64,000 nt of DNA from Bugula neritina (Eukaryota > Animalia > Bryozoa), in the NCBI GenBank assembly GCA_964035545.1, contig OZ037766.1:27573673-27637672 (forward strand). The letters are read 5' to 3'. Made by a program: the position numbers and the translations under genes. Of this stretch, positions 51,901 to 64,000 are shown one piece after another (within the stretch, counting starts at the first letter, position 1; every line of letters starts with the position of its first letter). Below the pieces are notes generated by a model. It was given only the letters and a program-made list of their open reading frames with translations. It was not told the DNA's origin and made no database searches.

Positions 51901-53489
51901 ATTCACCTACCCCAACAAGAGAGCACACACCACCAAGAGAAGATCCACCCTTCCCAACAAGAGAGCAATCTAATGAACGGGTTGCATCGAGAGGAAAGCA
52001 ACTTGCCGCTACAGGAAAGCGAACAACTCCCAGCCCAATCTTGCCCACAGAAGAACAACTCTCTCCAAAGTCTTCATCATCTCCAAGAGGACACAAACCA
52101 CCAAAATCTGCTTCAAAAGAAACCAGACAATCTGTGTCAAGAGACAGCAAATCAGGAAAGCTTTCTCCAGCAAGAAACAGGCAGTCAAGAGATTCACCAC
52201 CAACTCCAGCAGGAAACTCAAGAGAGTCTTCTCCAACAAGAGACAGGCAATCAGCAAAGTCTTCTCCAACAAGAGACAGCAAATTTGGAAGATCCTCAGC
52301 AGGAAAAGACAACCAATCAACAAGATCATCAGCAGCAAAAGATTTTGAGCCCAGAAGATCCTCTTCAACTAAAAGCAGAGAGTCAACAAAATCTTCTTTC
52401 ACAAGAAACAAAAGAGTAAACAATATTTCTCCAGCCAGAGATAGGGATTCTGCAAAATCTACTTATTCTGCCAAAAGGGAACCATCAGCCAGTGTTTTAT
52501 CTAACGCAAGCAAACCAGCTAAACCATCTGACATTAAAGAAAATCAGCCGACAGAAGAAAAATCATCAAATGAGCTACACTCAGTAGAAACACAAATTAT
52601 TACTTCCTCTTTTTCTAAAAAAGTAGAAACGTCTGCAAATTCTACAACTTCCTCTACAAACAAACAGCAAAGAACGGATACAACTACAATTAAGGGAACT
52701 AGCATTGATAAACTCCAGCCAAATAATATGCCGAATGAAGCTGAATCTGCAAGCTCATCTCGTTCTTCTATACATACAGCATCCGCAAAAAGCAAATCCT
52801 CAGTAAAGTCTATCACCATGTCTCCTCCTCCAACATCTGAGAAAAGAATAACTTCTTCAAAAGACTTTACCAGAGAAGACGAAACTTTAAAAGCTTCGGC
52901 CGCAGAAGGTGATAATCTCAGTAAGACTGCTTTACAAGCTGAAAATTGGAGCAGGTCTAGCAGTAGTGCTTCCGAAAACAATCAGCCAGAAAAAATAGAA
53001 AATATGACCCCTGACATCACTAAAAAACAAATAGCATCGTTAGAAGCAGATGGTTCACCACAGCAGCCTGTTCACCAACATAGCAAAGAAAATGAAGAAC
53101 GATCTTCTAAGCAAGATTTGGACCAAATTAGCTCATCAAGTAAAAATTCAGTAAGAATAGCAGAAAACACTGCAGAAGATACAAATGCTACTAATGTTGA
53201 AAACTCTTCAGGCAATCAAGAACAAGAAAGTCATATGCCTGAGAGAGACAAGCAAGAAACTGAAGTATCAATTACTGAGAAAGATTCAACCAATCTACCA
53301 AATGCTCAAATGGAAAACCAGTTAGTTGATCAATCAGCTGAACTACAGGATGCAAACACAGATAATCAAAATGACTTCAAACATGAATTGAAAGAACCAA
53401 ATATTGAAAATGAGCCAAAGACTATGTTGGATGAAGATGGTTATTTATCAGATTTTGATGACGAGCCGACAGATAAAACGAGCAAGTGA
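42318..53489 (+). CDS. Doublecortin-family protein: two DCX domains plus long Ser/Thr/Pro/Arg-rich then acidic tail, no kinase domain (~941 aa with this first exon)
   Basis: Exons 42318-42360, 43044-43195, 45471-45666, 46394-46504, 46870-46993, 47692-47838, 48700-48812, 50390-50538, 51699-53489; phases consistent (2826 nt). DCX1: AKVRFYVTG...VYAVSPQRFSSFDSLLGRLT...ITSLEELQSGESYVC; DCX2: KPRLITVLRGGLRPRKSVRILLNRKNTRSFEQI...CIADFYLEDTVFFA. First exon uncertain. Confidence 0.88.
42878..42940. repeat. (AT)n(AC)n microsatellite
   Basis: Direct reading. Confidence 0.95.
43683..43887 (-). mobile_element. tRNA-derived SINE, most intact copy (~205 bp)
   Basis: - strand GGAGCAGCTGTGGTCTAGGGGTTAGAGCATTTGCCTAGTAAACACGAAGGTCATGGGTTCGGAGCCCG: A-box and B-box-like motifs, tRNA-Thr(AGT)-like anticodon arm, then a non-tRNA body shared with three other loci in the window. 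Confidence 0.8.
45712..46000. repeat. Degenerate gctaggtca/taggtcat tandem repeat after a DCX donor
   Basis: Many recurrences of (t)aggtcat/gctaggt at ~10-25 bp spacing. Confidence 0.6.
47008..47200. repeat. (TATAC)n-type low-complexity repeat after a DCX donor; similar tracts at 48812-48950 and 27625-27735
   Basis: tatactagta x3 decaying into period-5 repeats. Confidence 0.7.
49611..50267 (+). mobile_element. tRNA-derived SINE copy split by a MITE
   Basis: 49611-49634 and 50091-50267 align colinearly with the 43683-43887 copy once 49635-50090 is removed. Confidence 0.85.
49635..50087. mobile_element. Tourist-like MITE (PIF/Harbinger type), 453 bp
   Basis: TIRs GTGTAGGGCCACACGACGCGTTTTAC... 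/ ...GTAAAACGTGTCGTGTGGCCCTACAC; TTA TSD (49632-49634, 50088-50090) confirmed by the empty-site SINE copy. Confidence 0.92.
51832..51965 (+). repeat. Coding 42-bp repeat x3 (REPTPPREDPPTPT) in the DCX tail
   Basis: agagagcccacaccaccaagagaagatccacctaccccaaca x3. Confidence 0.9.
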
Positions 53490-53939
53490 TGATTATGTTT
53501 CAGCAAAACTTTCTTAACATTATGATATTGCTAATCTTTCCAACTATAACCAAGTTAAACTCAATTTTTAACAATAATATTTAAAATTTTATTCTAGTTA
53601 GTTCATATGCTGTTAGATTAAGAATAGTGTTCAAAACCACATTAATTATAGGTCATCAATCAGCTTGATAGGAAATTGTTAAATAATACTGTGATGTTTA
53701 TAAAATTATCACACAATAACTATATTTTTATTTTTTAAAATAAATTTATATTTAACCAAATACTGATCCAAAAAATTTCTACTACCATACTCATTGATTT
53801 TTTAATCTTAGAGGAGTGCTGTATAGATTGTGCTCAGCAGGTATGAAGGTGTCACCTAAGAGTGTTTTAAAGCTGGTTTAGTAGTTTGACAACTGTATAG
53901 TATTTAATATAATATAATAGTGCAAGTTGTTTCAACCAG

Positions 53940-54303
<364 letters not shown>

Positions 54304-54698
54304 GATTTATAGCTTCTGGTACATCATAGTATTTTATATTATATCATATTCAGAGTTTTTAATGTTTCATATTAAATGTTCAGGCGTTTTAATTTGATTT
54401 ATATGTTTATACATGTCATGCGCTACTTTGCAATAAATGTGTAGAATATGATCTTGTTCACTATAACATGGCACAAGTAGAGACATAGGAAAGTAGGTGT
54501 TGCTATCATATATCATTCCAGGTGGAGAGAATGGTTTTTTATTCAAGTGGAATTTTAGTGTTTGCACCAATTTAAATATCTATCAGCATTATAATATTAT
54601 ATTATTTATAGCACTGTATTATTTTATCATTAAATTGTATACCAACAAAAATAGATGACACCCATAATAATGTTATATAGTAAGACAAAGGAATTACA

Positions 54699-56463
54699 TT
54701 AGTTGTTCTCTGGTGCGCAGCAAAACGCCCTTCGCAAGAACTTTCTAAACCTTTTTCGTCGAGAATTTCCCTCTCCTGCCACTCTTTTTCCTACAACAGA
54801 CAGGATTGTCAGTTTTGCTTATAGTATATTATACATCATACAGCACAGGTTAAGCATGATGTGACTTGAGACATCTTTAGTATCTTCAGATGCTATATAA
54901 AGGAGATATAAGTTTACATATCTATACTCAACACTATTTTTCACCATTATTATATTCATCAGTAGTGATTTCCTCTGCAGCTTCTACCAATCCATCTTTA
55001 TGAACCATTTTTGTTATATCATTGCTTTTATTATCATGCTCAATTTTATCGACTTTTTCTGAACTTCTGATATCACAATCTGCCTGTCTATTTATAACAG
55101 GCTCTTCTTCCTTCACCATGATCTCGTCTCCTGGCATCTCTCCAGATCCATACCTAGGCTTTTCTTTCCTATCAAGTTTATCTTCTTCCACCACCATTTC
55201 ATCTCCAGCCATCTCTTCTTCTTCCCGCTTGGGCTTTTCTCCTTCAACAGGCTTATCTTCCTTTACCACCATGATCTCATCTCCAACCATCTCTCCTGTT
55301 TTATGATTCATTTCTTCTTTCTTAACAGGTTCATCTTCCTTCATCACTATCTCATCTCCAGCCATCTCTCCTGATCCCCCCTTGGGTTCTTCTTCCTTAA
55401 CTGGTTTATCTTCCTTCACCACCATCTCATCTCCAGTCATCTCTCCTACTCCCTGCTTGAGCTCTTCTCCCTCAACAGGCTTATCTTCCTTCACCACCAT
55501 ATCATCTCTAGCCATCTTTTCTGTTTCATGATTCTCTTCTTTCTTATCAGGCTTATCTTCCTTCACCTCCATATCATTTCCAGCCATCTCTCCTGCTCCT
55601 CGCTTGAGTTCTTCTCCCTCAACAGGCTTATCTTCCTTTACTACCATCTCATCCTCCTTCACCACATCAATTTCTGCAACTGTTGCAGATTCATATCTTG
55701 TCCAGCTAAAATATTTACTAAAATTTAATTAAGCTTGGATCATATTATGCTCAGCTTAAGTTGCAAAGTTACATAATTGCTTGGTAACTTTTTACAGTGA
55801 AAACATACAGCGATAGAGAAGCAAGCAAGCATCTGTAAGCTATTAGATAAGCTCTACGCTGACACACATCATGGGGTTCATGCCCTAGTCATTGGTGATG
55901 TCAGAAGGAACGTATGGTCACATATATTACTAAGCTACATTGAAAGCCCTCAGTTCATGTTGCCAGCATAATCTGAGGCTTTGCCACTTTCAATTATGAA
56001 GGTTCCTCACAATAGTGGAAACTTTCAACTTAAAAAAAATTTTGTTGAAAGATATTTCTCTTACTATTAGTAATACTATAAACGGTAAATGTAATGAATT
56101 GTGAAATACTAAAAAAATAATAACTTAAACTTATAAGCTTCAAAACTCATAAAAGCCATTTTCTCAACAGTGCCTTTCCCAGTGTCACTGACAACTATTA
56201 CAATATTCCAACCCATGCAACGCTGTATCTGTCTACTAAAACTAAGTTGCCTTTTAAAAAATATTATTATAAAGTGATAAAGTCAATAACACCTTTTAAA
56301 TTCAATTATCTCATAAAATACTCATCTCAACTTACGAGTCTACAAAGCTCTCTGCTGCGCCAATCCTCTTGATCAAGCAAAAAATGAAAAAAGGCAATAA
56401 AAATACGCATATAGTTGGCAATAAAGAAACAGTGAAATAATAAATATCACTCAATATCTCCAT
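54699..56463 (-). CDS. Unrecognised 3-exon gene, ~326 aa: N-terminal transmembrane helix, ~7 acidic 25-aa repeats, polybasic di-cysteine C-terminus
   Basis: Exons 56336-56463 (aaaATGG; MEILSDIYYFTVSLLPTICVFLLPFFIFCLIKRIGAAESFVD; donor GTAAGT, phase 2), 54945-55705 (acceptor ttttag; repeats MVVKEDKPVEGEELKRGAGEMAGND; donor GTGAAA, phase 1), 54699-54790 (GKRVAGEGNSRRKRFRKFLRRAFCCAPENN*); total 981 nt; AATAAA on - at ~54538-54543. Confidence 0.75.
55850..55925 (+). mobile_element. Short degenerate fragment of the same SINE family
   Basis: catggggttca...cattggtgatgtcagaagga resembles catgggttcg...cattggtgatgttaggaaga. Confidence 0.5.
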
Positions 56464-57117
56464 TTTGCTTAAGTTACATAATCTATCAAATATAACAATA
56501 GTTTGATTGTTGGGAAAAATATGCAAACCATATAAGGAAATTTAATGTCCTATTGTTACAATGAACCTCTAAACATATTTTCTTATATCATGTTACTGTT
56601 AATAATACAATGATTGTTCTAAATGTGTATGATATTGCATTGTTTTTACTTTAGATGTATTAATTTAGAAGTTGTTTTCTCTAAAAGCTAATATGTTGCC
56701 TGATACTTTATGTTATGCTTTGAAATTTTGACTCAAAAAGAGAACTGCATATTATATTCTTATCAGAGCTCTGTCAAATTTGCTTTAAAGTTTGAGTAAT
56801 TATGAAATATATTTAAGATAATTTTAACTATAAAATATTATTTTCCAAAAAATATATGCTAAAAATTGCATTTAGTTTGCCAACATATTCACTGTTTATA
56901 AGGTAATTAGTTCTACAAATAACAAATACTATTTTAGTGACTTTGGAATCTATTACATTTAATTGTAAAACTTTTTTATGTAACATGAGCTGTGCCTATA
57001 TTATAGAATTTACAGTATCATGTAAATTAACTGGTATAACATAACGATATAAGTTTTTTTCTAATTGTAAGACAATATGCTTTAAGGCCACACATACACA
57101 AATATAAAAAAAAAACA

Positions 57118-57257
<140 letters not shown>

Positions 57258-57895
57258 ATAAACGTAAAATTTTATAAATATATAAACATAGCCTATAAAT
57301 ATAACATTCTAATATAATTGTTTCGCTTTAACTTTTTGTCTTAAATTAGTTTATGAAGTTAGTTTATGAAGTTAGTTTCTGCTTCTCCTATTAATATGCA
57401 CGTATGTTTGTCCATTATTCTATTATCAAACTAATAAATGTTAAGTTAATTATTCAAGTTGTTTTTACACCATGAAGTAAAAAGAAAGAGTTTACTGTAG
57501 CATTCATTACAAAAAATAAAGACACCAGTTTAATCAAATAATTTAATTTGTCGTGCTACCATAAAAGTATTGACACTAAATAAATAATATATAAAAACTT
57601 AAGGTTGTTATAATTCTGATAATAGTATTAATAATTATTAATATAGATTTGTATAAAACCTGGTTTATAAGCTTGTAGGCTTATATATTAATTAGAAATG
57701 CTGAGTTTTCTTTCAGAAAATTATGTACCAGTGTTACTGTTTTGGCCACTAGACAAGTCTTGGCAGAGTAAGAATCTAAGCTGAGCCATAAAAAGTAGAA
57801 TATGTTTCACTTGATCATTCAATTCAATCAGTTTAGACAAAGTAAAATAATGAAAGATCTTTCTATTAACAATGGCGTCAGTGTTTATACAGAAT

Positions 57896-58093
57896 TTAAT
57901 TGACGAACACTTTCCTGATGGGCATCACTGAACTAGAGTTATTATTAATCTTCTTGCTAATAGTCCAAGTGATCTTCAGTATAATAAATTCTAGTAGTTC
58001 AATCAGAGTGAGTAAACTCGCACCCAAACACACTCCCATTGTGCCTCCCAGATTTGCTGAAAAGCAATTTAAACAGCTTTTTATAAAGATTTC

Positions 58094-58171
<78 letters not shown>

Positions 58172-61100
58172 TAGGTAATGCAATTAAATACAAAGTAGTT
58201 ACTGTAAATGTAGTAAATTTCAGCAAAGATTAATTTTTTTTAGATTTAAAATATCACAGGTCAAAGTTTATTCACCAAAATGTTATAGCAAATGGTGCCC
58301 AAGATACGAAGTATTGTGTTACTATGCTATATATTATTTTTATGTTGCAATGCTAGCAGATTGTACCTTGTAATATAGGTGATATGATAGCTTTATTAGT
58401 AATCAATATTTCATTCCAATCAACTATAGCAAGCTTCTGATCAACATGCTTAGTTTACAAACTAATGCTACGTCTTCACAGCACGCCCTCTCTTCCTTAC
58501 CAATGAAGTCCACTCCGGGATAGGCTAAGTTCTCTTCAATGAGTTCATAAGACAGTTGGGCGTAGGATATCAATACAGCTGCGTGGTTATTTCTCATGTA
58601 CTCAACTATAAAAACAAATATTCTAGATAAACGTGGATAGTTGACTAGTATTCTAAATAACGAACTCATTTTTATAATAATGAACTAAAATTTACCACAC
58701 ATTTATATTGTAATTTAGGCCACAAAAAGTGTTGATCTAATCTTTAATAGCTAAAATAAATCCACTTGTTGATACAATAATTATATCATTTAGAAAAAAA
58801 ATCAATTGCACTAACTGTTAGATTGGCTCTGGTTGTCTGTTATAGTTGAACTTGGAAACTTTAAAGTAGAAACCAAAGCTGAGTATCGAGTCTCATGGCA
58901 TCTGGATTTACAATTGCAGCTCTCTAGATATTCAGAGTTTTCACCAAACTCCCCTACAATGTTGAATTGTTGGTAGTATTGGAACATTTTAAATTGGGCT
59001 ATATTCAATTTATTCCATTTTTTATCAACCAGGTTGACAGATTTATATTCTTATATAAGTAAAGTGCTAAACCTTTGTATAGCAGCTTCTGGCCCATTAA
59101 AGTCATATAGTATGACCAATTGCCAATTACTGTGAAAACTTAACAAGACAATAGCTTAGTTGAGTTTATAGCTAAGTTATGATATTTTCAGCCAGAATAT
59201 CAGAATTTAGCTGCTGAATTCTTAGTTTGAGCTCTTAAATACCTCAGCAGCAGTTAGATAAATTCAACTAAGTTATTGTCTCATTAAATTTCCACAGTTG
59301 GCCACTGGTCATATATATGACTCCAATGACCCATAAGCTGATTGTATATAACTAATGCAAAACTTTTAGCAACAATTATAATGCAGTTATTAAGGTAATT
59401 GTTATGCATATTAAACCTAGTGCATCATGTATTTTACATAAGTCTTCTGAAACGGTTATTCTGCTAAATTGATACTCACGTAAAGCTGGATTTACACAGT
59501 TGAACAATGTTGGAATGCTACACGCAAAGGAACCATTAAGACCTGCAATGCAGCACATAAAGAATATAACTTCAACACTTTTCCTAACTTATACTTGAAT
59601 AAAAAACATAGTTCAACTAATTTCACAGTCTGTATCAACATTTCTCTAGGCTACTATATAGGCGTAATTCAATTATTAGAATAATAACTGTTTAAATAAG
59701 TATATGATATTTTTACCAGGCTGTAGGTAGTCTCTGCACCCACATTTTCTGATCACATATGAGACTTTACACTCATCGTAGCAGGCTGAGTAGGAATACG
59801 CTGTGTGGTAGTGAAGAGGATTGGGAATTTTTTCCGCATCAAAACAGTCTGATTTGCCTTTGTCTGCGGGTGGAGGGTACCTGTGTATCTACAAGTTTAG
59901 CACATATTTATAGCAGCTTGAAGATTCATGACAGGTAGTTGAGAATTTTGATATTTCAGCATTACAGATCAAAAATGGCCACTGTGTGGTAACACATTAT
60001 GTTTAAAATATTATGATGAAGTAATAAGAAATAAAATGTCAGGTAATTTTTAAGGTCAACTAACTCTTATAGGAGCCAAAATAATAAATTTGAAGCATGA
60101 AGCTATGTGGGTACTGTAAAATGCTAGCAGCAGCAGCAGCGGGCATACATGTGTCCCACAGCTGTGTTCAGCAAATTAGAATTTCAAACATCACCCCAAA
60201 CTAAGCTCTATAAAAAGTCAAAGAACATAGGCTATTAAAAGTTCTCCAATATACCGAACCTAAATGTAACAGAAAGGGCTATATTATATCATATAAGCGC
60301 ATTTACTTTTCTGTTTTTGATAACACAACTGAGAATATAACTCATAAATATTTGCATAAAACAAAAAAGACACTTGTGCGGGCTCTGCTGGCTGCTACCT
60401 CTGGGTCCAGCACCTCGACTAGCTTCGCTATTGTGCATATGGACCCTCATCACTGATTTTTTTCTATTTTTCAACCTGACATAAACTACTATTTGATGAA
60501 AATACAAACAAACAAACAAACAAACAAACAAACAAACAAACTTACTACTCTTTTTTGAAGAAGCAGTCTGGTTGCAAAGCCAGGAGGAGCTCCATAGCTT
60601 AGTTCAGATATTAGCGGAACTTCATTTGAATCATGTACAGATATCTAAGAAAATGCAAAGCTAAAATTAATTTTTATTAAATTGGCGTTATTGAATAACT
60701 TATTGTTTTGCTAAAACAAATTTATATCAAACCGAAATTAATAAAAGTGGTTTTCTATAAATGATATGAAAACATTTTTTAGTACTGAAACTTACAACAT
60801 ATTTGAATTCTGGCCAATTGTTCAACAGTTAACCAAATTATAAATGAAACTGTTTGTAGTACTGTTTTTATCCTTTGTTCAAAATATTGCTGGCATATAA
60901 TATTGTACTTGAATAAGCTATTCATAAATGACATCCATTATACACTAACAAACAATTGGTATAGCAACATCTGCTCACCGAGAATCCTTCCGCGAATGAG
61001 TTTGGGCCAACGTAATACTCCTCCACCATTGCATCAAGATATAGCCTGAGGCCCCCACTAACACCTGCCGAGTGGGATATTACGTCTCCCTTTCCATTGA

Positions 61101-62002
61101 ACTGGGCACAGTATCCTGTGTATAGGGAAATAGATTTGACCATTTTGGCATTGTTTTGTATTAAAAAAAGGTTGGGACCTGATATTCATGATCAATATAT
61201 AGTGTTTTATGAGTAATTTCTGATTTAAGAACTAATGCCAATAAAATAGTCAAAGACGCCATGGTCGTTGTTGGCATAATACAGATTCTATAATAATTCT
61301 ACTTGCTTCATCTTGCTTCATTTTCCCGATTGACTATAAGATCAAAAAGTTTGTTTAAAATAACAACAAAAAATTTTCTTCACAGGTAACAGTGTTAAAG
61401 ATTTCTCTTTTTACATACCAGAATCAGTGCGCTTTAGTTCAAAGATCTCATTGCATGGCACTTGATTATCCAACAACATGCATCGGATAAAAGTTTCATT
61501 TATATAATGAGCTCTACTGGAAAGAAAGTCGTCAACTTCTTCATTACCTATTGGCCGGGCTGCACTTTGGAGGTATGGAGCACTCCAATTGTACCTTTAT
61601 TCAAAACATATTGTAGCTTTTTATCGCTTAAGAGATTATACAAAGTATTGACTTTAGGAACTAACAATAAAGTATAGTATAAACCATTTTTTAAATTTAT
61701 TGCTCTTTAAACCCCTTGTTAAATTAAATAAACCCGCCAGAATCGTTTTACTACTTTTTGACGTTGATCTTCATTGATTTATTGATTGTAAAACTAAGGG
61801 TTGAATTTAGCCACATACTGCTGGTAGAAATCTGAGCACATTTTAAAAAGTTTATAATATTTTAATGTAGCTTAGCTTGACACATGGTAAACTGAGTAAA
61901 ACCTATTATATACATTGAAGAATGCACTGCCTATTATATACATTGAAGAATGTACTGCATAAAGGAGTAGGAATGGGAATGTATAGTAGCAGCAGCAGCA
62001 GT

Positions 62003-62033
<31 letters not shown>

Positions 62034-63557
62034 CAGTTATAAAGAACTCAGTTTAAATATCGATGATTAGATGCATGCAATCTGCTTTTTGAAGAGTTAT
62101 TCGATGCTTGCTTTAGTTTTTGTAAGAGTGCTTTAGGCTTCAACTGTAATTTAAATTAAAACCATATGGAACTTATGTGCTTAACTTTGATTTAGGTTTG
62201 CAAAACATCCATGCACGTGCAATCAGCAAATTTGAGTGCAGCTAAACATAACATAGCTGATATCTATTATAAACAATGCAACGCCACTTATAGCCAATAC
62301 AAACTGATTGCTTTGAATAACTAATCTGTTATATTTTGGCAGTAGCGTTCAAGCAGTTTTTTCACCTATAATAGACATTGCACAAATGCAATTAATTACG
62401 AAAATTGACGTCATTACAACCATTTGATTATTCAAACTACGGCATGCATACATTTATGTACTTCACTCTAAGTTCTCTGTTTACACTAAATATATTGCAG
62501 AATTTGCATGAATATAATTTACTTATCATCTGCTGGGGGCTCCTTAGAAATATATAAATCTCTCATTATTTCTCTCCAAACTGCTTTCGCTTCTGAATTC
62601 TCCCGAAAGTTTTGTTCAAACATTGACTTCTTCCAGAAGTTCTGATTGCAGATTGTGATAGTTGGGAACTGGTAATAAAACACCAATTGTGCACTTGCAT
62701 TTTTATAGACTCGGCATCAATGATTTATAACATACACTGGTAAAATAAATTTCAATAGTGAGCACACTAGGATGAAAGTTTTAGATAGAACTATTTTTTG
62801 CATAATTATAACAACCATGTTAATGGTAACTAATAAATACAATAGTTAAATAATAATACTGCGCGATACATTATATATGTAATTTTACATCACATCACAT
62901 TATATATCATTTAGATACAATTAGGTTTTATTTGCAAACACGTATGACATTTGGTTCGAATGCCGTACTACTCAAAAAGCTAAAGCTTTATAAAAATATT
63001 TTGCCATGTTTTTGTTATAATGAGTTTATCCAATTATTTCAATTATATTTATAACTTGTTTTATAACTTGTTTTAATAAAGCCTCCATTCACTTGTAAAT
63101 TTTATACTTACTGATTATGATACTGTTACGATGAAAACTGTAAATAATTAAATAACAATAAAAACTCAACCCTTCTATTAAACATCATGGTACTTACTGT
63201 AAGATTTGGTGTATTCTTGACAGTAATCTTTGTAGTCAGCAACTTGTTTGAAAAGTTGTCAAGAAACATGTAAGTCGCTGTCAAGATGTAACCCGACCCT
63301 CCCAAAATTAGCAGCGCCCATATAACCCTGTCAGAAATACAATATACAAACTGTAGCACATAGCTAACTATAACACTAATTAACTGTTAACCTGTTTAGC
63401 TTCTGTAACATATTATGCAAAAATGCAAAGTTTTAGAATCTTACCTCCTGAGCAAAGATATTTCTGTATTCCAAACATATTTCAAGCCATGCATTGAGCT
63501 TTCCTCTACAAATTCTTGCCAACTCTTTTCATTCATTTTTTCATTTTTCTCTGCCAT
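57896..63557 (-). CDS. DEG/ENaC/ASIC-family amiloride-sensitive cation channel subunit, 11 exons
   Basis: Exons approximately 63445-63557, 63198-63327, 62523-62668, 61419-61594, 60979-61115, 60546-60644, 59718-59888, 59480-59542, 58816-58953, 58500-58606, 57896-58056. Motifs: EESSMHGLKY (HG), TM1 RVIWALLILG, FPTITICNQN, TDSGYCAQFN, AGVSGGLRL, Cys-rich YSYSACYDEC...KCGC, CNCKSRCHETRY, TM2 ANLGGTMGVCLGASLLTLIELLEF. Confidence 0.93.
58097..58168. repeat. (AT)n microsatellite
   Basis: Direct reading. Confidence 0.97.
60505..60541. repeat. (CAAA)n microsatellite abutting a channel-gene donor
   Basis: Direct reading; begins immediately after GTAAG on -. Confidence 0.9.
61902..62033. repeat. 28-bp duplication followed by an (AGC)n microsatellite in a channel-gene intron
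   Basis: cctattatatacattgaagaatg(c/t)actg x2; agc repeats at 61987-62033. Confidence 0.85.
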
Positions 63558-64000
63558 TTTAGTTTTGAAATAAAATGCTGTTTGATGCTTAGCGGGTCAT
63601 CAATTTGCTTTTTTAAAGCGTTCCATCACGTAGACATTTGAATAAAATGACTCTCAACATGTAAAATCAATGTTTAGAAGAGTTTTGACCGTTTTATATA
63701 TTACCGGACGCTATCGATTTAACTTATATATAACTAAAAGCATATAAAAGGATACACCGTGACTTTCACATGTATTATATTTTATATATCAATACTGAAT
63801 TTCATGTTTGTCACCTCCAAGTTAGAGCAACCACCTGCTAAACTGTTACTTTGTAATTTTACTATTCACCTAGTAAATTATTTATATTCTTTTGTAATTT
63901 CAATACATGTGTTGTTTCCAACAATTTACAATTAAAATTTTCATTGATAGTCAAATTTTATTTTACAACAAAAGCAAATAAATTGCTTGCTGCCACAGCC

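Noticed and set aside
51715-52423. Overlapping 234-aa (+), 231-aa (-) and 119-aa (-) ORFs over the DCX last exon
   Set aside because: Explained by repetitive, T-poor coding sequence that lacks stops in other frames; no nearby acceptor delivers the alternative + frame.
54934-55665. Acidic repeat ORF as a C-terminal extension of the DEG/ENaC channel
   Set aside because: The channel has its own stop at 57896 with no convincing donor, and the acidic exon joins in phase to a separate ATG exon at 56336-56463.

Overview
AT-rich, gene-dense animal (invertebrate) genomic DNA with spliceosomal introns; the species cannot be determined from sequence alone. Manual splicing gives, in order: a probable first exon of an unidentified gene (- strand, leaving the window); a 13-exon MFSD1 lysosomal transporter (+); a five-repeat beta-thymosin/WH2 gene missing from the ORF track (+); CEP135 (-); a kinase-less tandem-doublecortin gene with a ~600-aa disordered tail and three candidate first exons (+); an unrecognised 3-exon gene (N-terminal TM, acidic 25-aa repeats, polybasic di-Cys tail) (-); and a DEG/ENaC/ASIC-family channel (-). 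Mobile DNA: two PIF/Harbinger-type MITEs with TWA target duplications and a tRNA-derived SINE family, one copy interrupted by a MITE. The most unusual patterns are minisatellites that amplify splice sites (notably ~22 copies of a CEP135 exon end plus donor), a shared (ANT)n periodic tract in the first intron of four genes, and the orphan tether-like gene. Exon coordinates were read by eye and may be off by a few bases.
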